DNA of 64,000 bases, taken from NCBI RefSeq assembly GCF_902459465.1, contig NC_047080.1, positions 558,001 through 622,000 on the forward strand, given 5' to 3'. The stretch is from Asterias rubens (taxonomy: Eukaryota). How positions within the stretch are numbered: the first letter of the stretch is position 1; each line of letters begins with the position of its first letter. The translations under genes and the position numbers were made by a program. Under the pieces are notes generated by a model. That model was given only the letters and a program-made list of their open reading frames with translations. It was not told where the DNA came from and made no database searches. Below are positions 26,801-38,507 of the stretch, in pieces.

Positions 26801-29800
26801 AGGCCATAGTTCATCGAAGTGTTTAGACAAAGCTTTTCCTTGAGAATTTATCCTCAACAAAAACCTGGGTTTTCCAAAGACTCTTCTCAAGAGACGCCCC
26901 GCTGGCTAAGAGCTTGGCTGTGACCTTAAAGAACCAAGACCTCCCAATATTGGTGATTTTAGCAAACTTGTTAATCCTTTTAAGCTTTTACGCTGTTTGC
27001 TGTTTTGAAATACTTTTAATAAGTCTACTAAACATTGTAAAACAAGGGAAGAACAATAGAACTATTAGAACAATAGAACTATTCTGACAGGATCAACAGC
27101 ACTTCACCATTGTCTGTGTGGTCAACAATACTCCTCACAATGACAACCAACTTAATGAACAATAGAACTATTCTGACAGGATCAACAGCACTTCACCATT
27201 GTCTGTGTGGTCAACAATACTCCTCACAATGACAACCAACTTAATGAAGCCTGAATATTGGGAGCTTTAGACAACCCCTCCCCCATCTTCCCTTCTACCA
27301 ATGCCCCCATTGTAACTCTTCCATTAATGTTCATAATCCTTTGTTTATCAGCTCCACCGAGCATCCATCCAGCATGACGAGTTGACTGTAGAGCAGAAGC
27401 AGTTTATTAGTGGAGAGGAACAAGAGAAGAAAATCGGTTCCTTTGAAGAGGCCTTCCACTCCATCAAGGATGCGACTGGAGTCAGTGACCTCCAGGTAAG
27501 TAACTCAAATTCAACCACCTGAGCCCAAATCCATGAAGACAATTTTGTTAAGCAGATATCTTGGCTAAGCAAGAAATGACCAGGGTACTGTTAAGAGTAT
27601 ACCGCTAATCTTTTATACTAGCCTCTAGTGACAACTTGTACTTATGCATACTCGGACTGAACATGACCTAAAGAGTTCTAACTAAGTCAAGTAGTCATTA
27701 TGTCTTTCCTTTGAGTCTCAATCGTTATGAACCATTAACAGGTAGCAGTTGAAGCAATGGTATCGTAACTGTATGGTATATTCTTGCTGTTTACCTATTT
27801 TTGCTAAACAAAGTGATTGTTTTGTTTCAATAACCTTTTGTCCTAGCGAAGGCCGTAGAGCCAACTCATGATCTCTTTTCATAGCCACTTCTACTTCCAA
27901 ATTGTTAAAATCGATCAACCTATTTGCCCCCTCCCACAAAACAGGAAGTAGTGATGCGGTTTGAATCTCAAGAAGAAACAACTAAACACCTTGAAGATCT
28001 AAAGGAGAGCGGTGAGAAACAGGTCAACCGTCTCAAGGAGGACAAATCTAAGTTGCAGAAGGAGTTTGAAGAGATGAAATACTCTGGGGAGGCAAGGCTG
28101 TCCAGGTACGTCTTTGAGACTCTTGACTTTGCAGGCTTTGAACTTCTCTCTTGAAGGGGCACAGTAATGTTGCTTTGGTTAGGGCACCTCTAGGAGGACA
28201 AATTTCATTTGTATTGTAACTATCGCAAAGGGCACCACAGCAAAAGCACAGGGCACCATGGTATTTGCTGAGGGTGCTGTGGTTTACTATGAGCCCTGAC
28301 TTTGAGAATGTCGCTCAAATTGTATGTATTCTGAAAGCGCCATTATCGTACATGACAATCTTGTTTAAGTGCTCAACATTTTTTAGATCAACCCTAATCA
28401 TACATGTTATCAACAGAGGGCATTATCACCCGAGAAATACTCTTGACTTGGCAAGATTTTGGTCTGGTTAGAAAAACTACTTTGTTTATTTGTTATACAG
28501 AGTTTTAAAAACCTCAACAAGCCGGGCATTTTATGTTCAAAACACAAACAAAAAGCAGGCACAGAACGGGTTAATAATGACAAATTCCATGACAGTTGCA
28601 TTTGAAATTTGAATCAAGTGAATTAGTTGCACAAACAAAAAGTATGTAAGCTTTGGAATCAGAACCGTTATTATCAACGAACAGTTCTCGAATTGCTAAT
28701 ATCTTAAATTTATCTTCTCTGTTATTTTTTAGCGGGCAAAGGATGTTGGAAGATTTCCAAACTCATCTGAAGAAGGAGGAGGAGAGACGGGGAGACTCCC
28801 AAGACAAACTGGACCGGTCTAGTAAGATCTTAGTCAACGTCAAATCAGGCGTGGAACACTTGGCTGACAAACTACAACATCTTAAAGCTGTAAGGTTTAA
28901 AGTTACAGACCTAATTTCTCAACACAGTGCTGTGGTTTTTGGTTTATCTATCGTATAGTTAAGCAATTAGCTGAAGAGGCTAACATTGACTCAATAATAA
29001 CAACTGCCATGGTCATTTGGCCAATTACATCCCTTTAATCTTTATCAGCTCCCTGAGGAGTTTACATCCTGGGCTGCTGTGACACTTCATAAGTCTATTT
29101 CATACACAATATCGACCGCTACCCTCGCAGGTACCCATTTATACCCCTGGGTGAAGAGAAGCAATCACAGTAATACATCTTGCTAATGGACACAAGTGTC
29201 ATGGCTGGAAATCGAACCCACACTCGGATTACTTGACCACAAGAACTTGAATTCGATTTTTCAAACCACTCAGCCACGATACCCTTATGACCTTTGACAT
29301 AACCTCAACTTTATTTCTACAGACCAAAGGTCATGTTCCGCAGGCACAGTTGTCCCCGACATCAGACGAATACGTCCTAGATCTGTTATCGACCTGTGAG
29401 GAGAAACTCTTGAAGCTCATGGAGGACCTGGACGGCCATGACGTTGATGATACTCTACAACAGATGGAGGAAGAAGAAGTAAGTTTAGCTTTATTTTGTG
29501 AGGAAATGAAGAAGTAAAAAATACTATTGGCAAACTTGATAAATCTGCTAAGTACAGCCAAATGCCTGCTCCAAATGAAGACTGTTTTCGGACAAAACTT
29601 TATGAAAAATATTGTCTTTATTCGATGTTGTTTTCAAATTTTTGATACATGCAGGAATTAACCCCTGTTGCTTATCACTTGGCCAGGCATACCAAACTTA
29701 CCCATGGGTGTTACATTTGGTTCTGGATATTGGGCAGGGGAGGGGGGGTGGGGGTACGCCTTCTATTGTTTCTTCATTGTGTGCTTGGACTCTAGGTTTT

Positions 29801-30894
29801 TTTTAGAGGATTTTAGGGGAGATGGTTTCCTTTGTACAAGAGAAAAAAATTGTTTTGAACTAGGGGAACTATACCCTCTGCACCCATATCAGGCATTGTT
29901 TATAGGAGTGTAAAGTGACTTGGAAGGGAGTGGAGGAATGGGGTCAAATTGGCCTAGAGTCAAAATCATCACTTGACGTTAAATCCTTATTTTTCTTTTT
30001 TAGTTCCATGTTGGAATTGAGGGACAGATGCCACAACATAATACACGCATCAAGCTGACTTCTGTCTCTAGAGACTTGACATATGACGGTACGTATTCCT
30101 TGCTCCTGGCTTTTCTTAATATTTTCCCGTAGAAACTTACAAGGCTGACTTGATTTTTTAACTGCATGTTTTATTATGCCAACATGAGGTCTATATAGCT
30201 CAGTTGGTAGAGCGCTTGCTTCTTAATCCAGAGGCTCCCGGTTCTAATTCAACTCGAGTCAATTTCTTATAGTTTGATATTTCAAATCTTCTACAAGAAT
30301 TAATACTGTATTAAACATAATTGAACGTTGCGAGAATAAACTTTACCTGGGCCCTGTTACATAAAGCCTGTAAGCGTAAAAACTTGCTCAGCTCAGAAAA
30401 ATCATGCTCAATAGATACTATTTACCAGCCAAAATTCCATAAAGTTGATATTGTTTGCAACTGGTGCTCCAACCATCGTTTGCTCAGCAAAGAAACTTTT
30501 TATGCAGTCATTTCTGCTTTTGAAATCTTGGGTGGATTTCACAAAGATATTTAGATTAGTCTTATCTTGAGTAAGGACGAGTTACTCATCCTCACTAAGA
30601 ACTAGCCTTAAGATTTTAACTCCTAAAGAGCCTTAGGACTAGTCGGGACTGTCTTTGTGAAATGGACACCAGACCCTGTGTAAACCCCCATTTGCTCCTG
30701 ACCCCTCCAACCTTTTGAGTTTTTGTCCTTAATGTGTTATTTATTTGGTTTTTTTTCGTCTTGTAGATGATGACGAAAGTGGAGATGATGAGGACATTAT
30801 CACAAGAGGTCAACTCAAGAAACAAGCGCTGACCCTTGTCGAGTCCAAGAATAAAAAGCATAAGGTCCGCGCCCGCAAGAAGAAGGGAAAGTAA
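23868..30894 (+). CDS. CCDC151: Outer dynein arm-docking complex subunit 3 (CCDC151), 547 aa, 11 exons
   Basis: Exons 23868-23949, 24901-25100, 25545-25724, 26046-26273, 26641-26763, 27352-27495, 27945-28105, 28733-28889, 29323-29478, 30004-30088, 30767-30894 are phase-consistent. The peptides [29 protein letters not shown] and LRSLENRLDKALLKLHEAEHI match my recollection of CCDC151/ODAD3. Confidence 0.92.
27071..27248. repeat. Perfect 89-bp tandem duplication in CCDC151 intron 5
   Basis: 27071-27159 is repeated at 27160-27248. Confidence 0.9.
29040..29285 (-). mobile_element. tRNA-derived SINE (family with CACCCAGGGGTATAAATGGGTACC core)
   Basis: The reverse strand reads gtgggttcgatttccagcc...ttcacccaggggtataaatgggtacctgcgagggtag. 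A related fragment lies at about 8323-8385. Boundaries approximate. Confidence 0.55.
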
Positions 30895-32910
30895 GCACTG
30901 GCATCTGTGCTGAAATGACCATCAAAAGAGGGAGCCCTTTCCGCTACTTTGGCAGAAAAGGGTAGACGTGCTGTCAAAACTCTCAATTGAACACCATCCA
31001 TGGTGAACTGTTCCTTCGCTTGACTTGGGCCCAATTTCATAGAGCTGCTTATAAGCACAAAAAGTAGCTAAGCACAACAAAATTATGCTTACCAAAAGAA
31101 GGTTACCAGTCAAAATGGTATTTCTGATGGTACAATCTGTGACTGGTATCCTGCTTTGCTTAACAGAAAGTGTGTTAAAGCAATTATGTCCTGCTTAAAG
31201 CAGCTCTTTGAAATTGAGCCCTGAACATCTACAAAGTAGAATCATACAAAACAACTAAAAATAAATGTTTTGTTTTCCAGGGGAGACTGAAGGGAGGGCG
31301 ATTTTGTTTCTGAGAATCTTTCTAGACTCGCTTACCTTGAAGTGTCAAATTTCAAAGGGCAAGGCCAAATAACTGACACCAGGCCCAATCTCGTTGAGCC
31401 GCTTATGCCGAAAATACTGCTATAAAAGCAATAATGAGCAGGATACCAGGCATAAATTGTACGCGTGACGTGGTTCTTTGGCTGGTAAACTTTCTTCTGG
31501 TGAGCATATTTTTGTTTTGCTTAGCTTATTTTCTGATTAAGCAGTTCTATGACGTCTGGCCTTGGGACAGAATAAAGTGAGTGACATTGTCTTTATGCCA
31601 AAACAGTGAAATACTGGAAAGCAAGGCTTACATCAAGATGTTGTTGAATAAGGACAACATCTTCATCATTTGGTTTGTTTCTACTTTGTTTATCATACTA
31701 TGTAAGTCAAGTGATAGGTATGTGTAAATATTAATAAGAAAGTACGCTTTTGGAAACTAATTTTGAATTGAACAATTTCTAAGGACATTGAATTGTACAT
31801 ACAATAGTTATCATCAATACTGTGCAAAATGCCAATTCTTCCGGCAGTAACTAGAAGTTGTTTTTAAGTTTGCTATATTAGTTTGCTTCAGCATTAATTG
31901 AAAAAAATGGCTGTCTGTTCACACTTATAATTCCGTCCTTTCTTTTGTATAAAACAATACATGTACTTTTGCCTGGTTCATTTTACTTAATAGTGAATAC
32001 AAGGCGAGTTTTGTTTCCCAAACCGTCGCTAGGTAGGGGGTATTTCCCTTTACTTTGTTTTGTGACATTATGAACTGGGGTTTGATGTAATTAAGTACAT
32101 TAAAGTATGACTGTGATATTTAAACAAACAAATAATTTGTCATTGTTTTGTTATTTATTTTGTAAATATAAGGGTCGCAAGCACAAAGGAAAAAATATTG
32201 GTCTTTGATAATATTACCAAAGGTGTCCAGTGCCTTTAAGTGATGAAGTACCACCATTTATGGCTAGGGTTATACATTAGCCGTTTAATGTTGATGATTA
32301 CCATGGTGACGATCTCGAATGATATTATCTCATTCAGTTAATAACCTTGATGAAGAAGTGTATTTTTCCCCTGGGAGGGATTGGGGGGGGGGGGGACTGG
32401 CCGGTTGTTATGAATACGGAGTAGTGATTGTCATCCACTTAAATTATCCAGATTAAACAAACACAATTTACCTCGAGCTAGACTACTATTAACCTTTTCC
32501 AGTAGGCCTACTCGCGCAGTCCGGGGTCCAATTTCGTAAAATTCTTGATATAAATGTTTTTATTTATATTTTTTTATGAATAAAGCACATTTCATACTAC
32601 ATGTACATGTAAATGAATAATTCATTAAAACTCGATTCGCAAGAGTGGGCTCCTCTTCCAGTCGCGTGGGATCTGTTCAAGCCATGAAGGCCCTGACAAC
32701 AGGCTTTATCAATAACTCATCACTACATGAACATTGTTTCCACAAGATAGTTTCTTCATTGTGTGTTCCCCCCTCGAGACATAGCCGGTCTCTGGTGCAT
32801 GCATCCATTAACGTTCACCAATACATGCTTAATATCGTGGTTAATGGTGCGTGTAACTGCACGTTCGTAATTATTTCATGTTTCAACCATCTCAAAATGT
32901 TGCTGTTTAC

Positions 32911-34510
32911 TATTATTATTATTATTATTGTTGTTATTTTATTTGCCATAACAGTACAAAATATAATACATTGACAATATACCCCGAGATGGGCAAGGGA
33001 CAACAAAAGCAAATACATACATTGTACTATGATCCGTAGATCTGTTGCCCCACATCTGGGGTACACAATAAAATTAATATAGATTTAACATAATATACAT
33101 GTAGTACACAAAGCATTAAAAAACAGATAATTATACAACCAATAGCAAATAATAAATATTTAATAAGAATACAAAATAAATTTAAAATAAGTAAGTAGAA
33201 ATAACGATAAGGTAAGGATAAATAATAAAAGGAAATAAATAAATAAAAAAAAAGTAAACTTGAAGATAAATTAAACAACTTAAAATATTGCACAAGTAAT
33301 TCAGCTAAAGGTACTGTACAATAGATTCATGAGCTTGGCAGACAGAAAATCTAAGTGATTTAAGAAAGCTGTGGAAGGGCAAGAGCAGTAGTGAATTACG
33401 AATGTTTTCAGGCAAACTAGACCAAAGTCTGGGGAAAAGATGAGGAGCTGATAAATGCAAAGCATCGGTTCTAGCATACAGGTGTTTGAAGGTGAGAACA
33501 TTAGGATATCTATGGTTGACAGAAATTATGTCTGCCACATCACAATGAATAAGGTTAAACTTACACTTAATGATAAAATACAAACCAGAAAAATTACGAC
33601 GATATGACAGAGACGACCATAAGTCTATCGGGGTAGGACATCTCACCCATTCTCTGCCCGAGAATAAACCGAGTAGCACGTTTTTGTACCCGTTCAAGGG
33701 CCTGAGTCTGGAGAGATGTATGAGGGAGCCATGCTGGCATGCCATATTCTAAAATAGGGAGAACTAGGGATTTATAAAGACAGAACTTAGCTGAAACAGA
33801 AGAATTGAAAGCAATGGTCTTAATGAGGCCCAATGTTCTATTGGCACTTGAAACAACATTTTTAACATGGTTATTCCAAGAGAGCTGAGCATTCAGAGTG
33901 ACTCCAAGGTATTTGACAGAGGATGTGGGTTGCACAGGAAAACTTGAAAGAGTGTAAACAGGGGGGTTGAGAGAGTGTTTACGGGAAATATGCATAATTT
34001 TGGACTTTGTAGGGTTGAACGTCATACCATTGGAAACACTCCAAGTGCTTAGCTCATCAAGGTCATGCTGGAGGGAAATTACATCTAAACAGGAACGGAT
34101 TGGACGATAAATTAATACATCATCAGCAAAAAGAACACAATTAGAACTGAGGTTGTTAGATATATCATTTGATGAATAAATTGAATAACAGAGGCCCAAG
34201 AACATTTCCTTGAGGAACACCAGAGCTAACTACGGACCATGAGGAGTTCATACCAACAAATGTGACTCTTTGTTGACGATCAACCAGAAAATCTTTTATC
34301 CAGCTCCAGAGAGATCCACGAATGTTAAAGTTACTAGCAAGTTTACGAACAAGTATATGATGGGGCATACGATCAAAGGCTTTGCTCATATCTAAGAAAA
34401 CTGTATCAATCCTTGGGGGACTACGTTTATCTAAAGTTGTAGCCCATGAATGATACACATTCATAAGTTGGGTGACACAAGATTTGTGAGGAACAAAACC
34501 ATGCTGCTTA
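32911..34510 (-). mobile_element. 5'-truncated, degraded CR1-clade LINE (reverse transcriptase C-terminal half plus 3' UTR and (AAT)n tail)
   Basis: ORF pieces QHGFVPHKSC, DTVFLDMSKAFD, GVPQGNVLGPLLF, LFADD, KYLGV and ERVQKRATRFIL, with stops and frameshifts. (TAT)n on the + strand at 32911-32929 gives an (AAT)n tail. Confidence 0.88.
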
Positions 34511-34601
34511 GAATCTCTCCCTTCGGCATTAGTCTGTATGCCTGCGATACGTCTGGGGCTATTATTAGATTTTATGTTCAATTTATGTGCTTATTACCAC
34601 C

Positions 34602-34972
34602 AGTCTCTCCTCACGAAATATGTTACTATGCTACCTTGGTATTGTTTGGAGTCTCTCCTCACGAAATATGTTACTATGCTACCTGGGTATTGTTTGGAGT
34701 CTCTCCTCACGAAATATGTTACTATGCTACCTTGGTATTGTTTGGAGTCTCTCCTCACGAAATATGTTACTATAGTAACATATATGCTACCTGGGTATTG
34801 TTTGGAGTCTCTCCTCACGAAATATGTTACTATGCTACCTGGGTATTGTTTGGAGTCTCTCTTCACGAAATATGTTACTATGCTACCTCGGTATTGTTTG
34901 GAGTCTCTCCTCACGAAATATGTTACTATGCTACCTTGGTATTGTTTGGAGTCTCTCTTCACGAAATATGTT
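34602..34972. repeat. 48-bp minisatellite, left part (about 7.5 units)
   Basis: Unit GAGTCTCTCCTCACGAAATATGTTACTATGCTACCTGGGTATTGTTTG. It explains the 16-aa periodic spurious ORFs. Confidence 0.95.
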
Positions 34973-35734
34973 AGTAGTATGGGAGGGGCGTTTCGTACCC
35001 CAAAACCTCCCAAATCCCTCCCAAATCCCTCTTCCTCCCTGCCTCCCTCCCATCTGACCCTCCCCTCCAAGACCCTCAGCCTCCCTCTCCATCCTCCCTT
35101 CATGCAATTTCCTCTTTTCCCTCATCTTCCAAGACCCTCTTGTGTAGTGTGGTCATAGCGCGCAGTATAATAGATGTTTTCGGTTGAGTGATCACACACG
35201 TACGAGTGTGTACGGGACAGCGTATGATGAATGGAAACGAGGAACAAAAGGGTCTGAAGCCGTTATTGCTGAGGATCCTTTTTGGAAGGAACGTAAGGTG
35301 ACCTGCCCTGTATAAAGTCACCACGAAGTGAGGGAATGTCAATACCACGCAACGGGTCAAGTGACAAACAAATAAATTCAAGGAATAGTTAACGAAGTAG
35401 TAAAAGATAGGAGTCAACAAGATTCGTCTGTTGATAAAGTCACCCGTGTGACGGCACGGACAAGTCGTGACAAGTCGTTATGTAACGTGTTTACAACGTG
35501 ACGGACAAAGTCATCCTGGCTATGTCACGGACACAGCCAGACAGTCCGTGACGTCACGTACGTTCTGTGTGTTGATTGGTTCATTGTGTGGTCCTGGGTC
35601 ACCGAGTCGTGAATGGTGAACTAAGTTTGGGTATAAAGAAGTACGATTTTGAGTTTGAATTTACACCTTCGCTCATACTATACTCAACTGATTTTACAGC
35701 CACTTGTTCTCTAAAGTAAGATCTAACGAAACGA

Positions 35735-36090
35735 TGGGGTATTTCAGGACACATCCTTCCATCATCAGGGGTGAGAGTTACCCTCAGAAAAGCTCTGGTG
35801 ATTGTTGTTGTGCACGCAGAAGCCATCGAATTGCAAAACGACGCATCCCTTATTATGCTAAAAAAGCGTTTGCGGCTGCCGGATCGGAAGTAGACAAATT
35901 TCTGGCAACGTTTTGTGTGTTAGCTGGGAAGCTGAGTAAAGTTGAATTAAATGGAATATGCTCAAATATGCTGAAAGAAAGCACCGAAGCAGACTTGGAA
36001 ACGAAGCAAGGTATGGTGATGTTGGCCACGGTGGTACATACCATGGATCCCGTGACCCGTCTGATGGTTCTGTTGAATATCATAAACTAA
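35735..36090 (+). CDS. Polinton arm ORF1, 118 aa from ATG 35735, unknown function
   Basis: Open frame MGYFRTHPS...LLNIIN downstream of a CRE/CCAAT/TATA module. Its 5' half is conserved in the right arm (41836-42048, -). Confidence 0.45.
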
Positions 36091-36499
36091 ACGTTTCTAC
36101 TTTTCGTAGAAGCGGACTCCTTTAGGAGCCACCTATCAAATCAAAAGTTAGAATCATCCATTTACACCGTACCCACACTTCAACCTCACCCGGTAGGCCC
36201 CGGTCGGTCACCGTACCCACACTTCAACCCCACCGGTCAGGTCCGGGCCGGTCGGGGACAAACAAAAGACATGTTTACAACGTGGTGAATAAAGTCGCCC
36301 GTGTGACGTCACGGACAAGTTTCGACAAGACATTGCGTAAGATTGACTCTGTGCGCTGATTGGTCAATCATGTTGTTATTGCTTGGACTGGCGGGGAATA
36401 AAAGGTATGTTTTGATGTTCAATCACCATTCCATATTGCTGGTGATAGAAAGAAGACATCTGAGCTCCCACAACTTAACTTCTGCTGTATTAGTGCACG

Positions 36500-37135
36500 A
36501 TGGCTGGACAGTCTAACATTACACTACCTTTCTTTGAGGATTCATCTTCCTCACAAGAACCACCTGCCGCCCCAACGTCTCTGGTAGATGCTGGACCATT
36601 TGACTGTGTAAAGCAACTTACACACGATCACGTTAAAAATGGGTGGCGTGAAGGTTTCAGTGCGACTGCGGAGAGAGCTTACTACTTCAACGTCTTCACC
36701 AGAGAAAGTGTATGGACCCTACCCAATATACCGGTGCAACGTGAGCAGAGAAGAGTGGTGAACTCGACCAATGTTGATATTCTGGCTGCAGCAGTTAATG
36801 AGTTGACCGAATCATCATCTCAACCCAAACCAGCCGACCAAGCAGCATCCGTCTCCGGTGTAAAAGGAAAAGACACCGTCAAACGAGTCTACGCCGCGGA
36901 CCCCAACGAGGTGGAGAATGAGAAGAACGCCAAAAGATTCAAGATTGGAGGTGAGCGTTATGCTTATGTTAAACGGTTCAAGGGTAGTCCCTACGTTAAC
37001 ATCAGAGAGTATTATTTAAACCATCAAAAGACCCGATTACTCGCTGGAAAGAAGGGATTGAATCTTACTCCCGAAGAATGGATGATGTTGGCCGGTCAGA
37101 GTAGTGCCATAACCAAAGCTCTGGGAATGGTTTAA
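36500..37135 (+). CDS. Polinton arm ORF2: WW domain + PC4/Sub1-like ssDNA-binding domain fusion, 211 aa
   Basis: WW: NGWREGFSATAERAYYFNVFTRESVWTLP. PC4: FKIGGERYAYVKRFKGSPYVNIREYY...GKKGLNLTPEEW, compared with PC4 [26 protein letters not shown]...GRKGISLNPEQW. Confidence 0.85.
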   Translation: MAGQSNITLPFFEDSSSSQEPPAAPTSLVDAGPFDCVKQLTHDHVKNGWREGFSATAERAYYFNVFTRESVWTLPNIPVQREQRRVVNSTNVDILAAAVNELTESSSQPKPADQAASVSGVKGKDTVKRVYAADPNEVENEKNAKRFKIGGERYAYVKRFKGSPYVNIREYYLNHQKTRLLAGKKGLNLTPEEWMMLAGQSSAITKALGMV

Positions 37136-37262
37136 ATCGCTTACTTCAAACTAATGACATTTTTGTTTTGTTTTGTTATCTTAATTCCTTGTTCCAGAAG
37201 ATGATTCAGTATCTACCCTACCCATCACCACCGATCTCACTGAGGGTCCATGCTCCGTCAAA

Positions 37263-37691
37263 ATGGTCATCAAACGAATCCTGACCAAGATCGTCACGGA
37301 CGAGATACTGAGGTTCGTGTACGTCGCTCAGGATGCCTTAGGATGCGAAGGATGTGAGGAGAACTGGGGGACCCAAGACGAACATCAGTGTCTTTTCTTT
37401 GGTGTAAGTCCAGCATCCAATCTTTACAACTACGTAGACGAGTGGTATTCAGATGCAGCACCGTGTGTAAAACCGAACAAGGTTATTGACATTTTCGACG
37501 CAGTAAACATCAGCCTCAATGTAACTGAATCAAGCGAAGATGGACAGAACTTTGATAAACACGCGATAATCAAGGAAATCATGGACGGGTGGGGTGAGGA
37601 TCCCGATGATATTGCCCGTTCGTTCTACTCTACGTTCTTCAACAATTTAACTGAGCTCATTGACAGTACTATCCAACAATTGGATGCTTGA
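37263..37691 (+). CDS. Polinton arm ORF3, 142 aa, acidic, with a CxxC-x9-HxC putative metal-binding motif
   Basis: Intact ORF containing CEGCEENWGTQDEHQC. The frame stays open upstream to a splice acceptor at 37197. AATAAA follows near 37828. Confidence 0.7.
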   Translation: MVIKRILTKIVTDEILRFVYVAQDALGCEGCEENWGTQDEHQCLFFGVSPASNLYNYVDEWYSDAAPCVKPNKVIDIFDAVNISLNVTESSEDGQNFDKHAIIKEIMDGWGEDPDDIARSFYSTFFNNLTELIDSTIQQLDA

Positions 37692-38507
37692 TTGAACTTT
37701 CTTAAATATTTATTGTGGTGGTGGTTTGTAGTGTTTTTCATTAATATTATCATTAGTTTTCTTTTGTAATTTGATGATTCTAAATAATAAGAAAGTAATG
37801 TGTTTGGATTTTGGTGAAATGAATTAGAATAAAATGTTTTTAAAATGAATCACTCTGTGTTTGTGTGCTTTTATTTGTGGGCGTATTTGTATGTATTGGT
37901 TAGTAGTTAGTAGTAAATGTTAGAAATGGTTATTAGACGCAAAACACATAAATGATAGACGACACGGGGTGCCTAAAACCAACCGGAACTCACCAGAACA
38001 TTCCTTAAGTGGTCAACGGGCAATATACAGTTTCAAATATTTTATTCATCATCAACAATAAATCACTAAATCTACATATTTATCAGTAAAACATTAAAAG
38101 AAAACTATCGATAGTTTAAGAAAAAAGGTGCAAATTAAAAACTTCTAAACCTACAAATTGATTTACTTACTTAAATTAAATTAAATTAAAACATTACTTT
38201 AAGCATTATAATAAGCCCGTGCAAATTGTTGAATAATAAAGTTTTCATCATACACTTGTGGTTTGCTACGGGGATAGTGTTTTCTAACAAAGTCATCTAA
38301 TTCTGAGGTCTCGAAATCAAATTCGTGGAAATTTTAATTTCTGTGGAAAATTGAGTCTTCCTCGAATCGAAAACTACGTTACTTCAGAGGGAGCCGTTTC
38401 TCACAATGTTTTATACTATCAACAGCTCTTCAATGTTCGTTACCAAGTCTGTTTTATGCTAACAGTTGTTTTGAGTAGTAATTACCAATAGTGTCCACTG
38501 CCTTTAA

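Noticed and set aside
32677-32791. Possible terminal exon (RDRLCLEGG...WKQCSCSD...AFMA*) that is phase-compatible with the captured exons
   Set aside because: The acceptor lacks a polypyrimidine tract, and it lies outside the TSD-bounded element beyond a LINE. Kept only as the alternative 'resident gene' hypothesis to test by RNA-seq.
34450-35158. Long ORFs with 16-aa periodicity (also 43009-43964)
   Set aside because: Artefacts of a 48-bp (multiple of 3) minisatellite plus TIR sequence; they are open in several frames on both strands.
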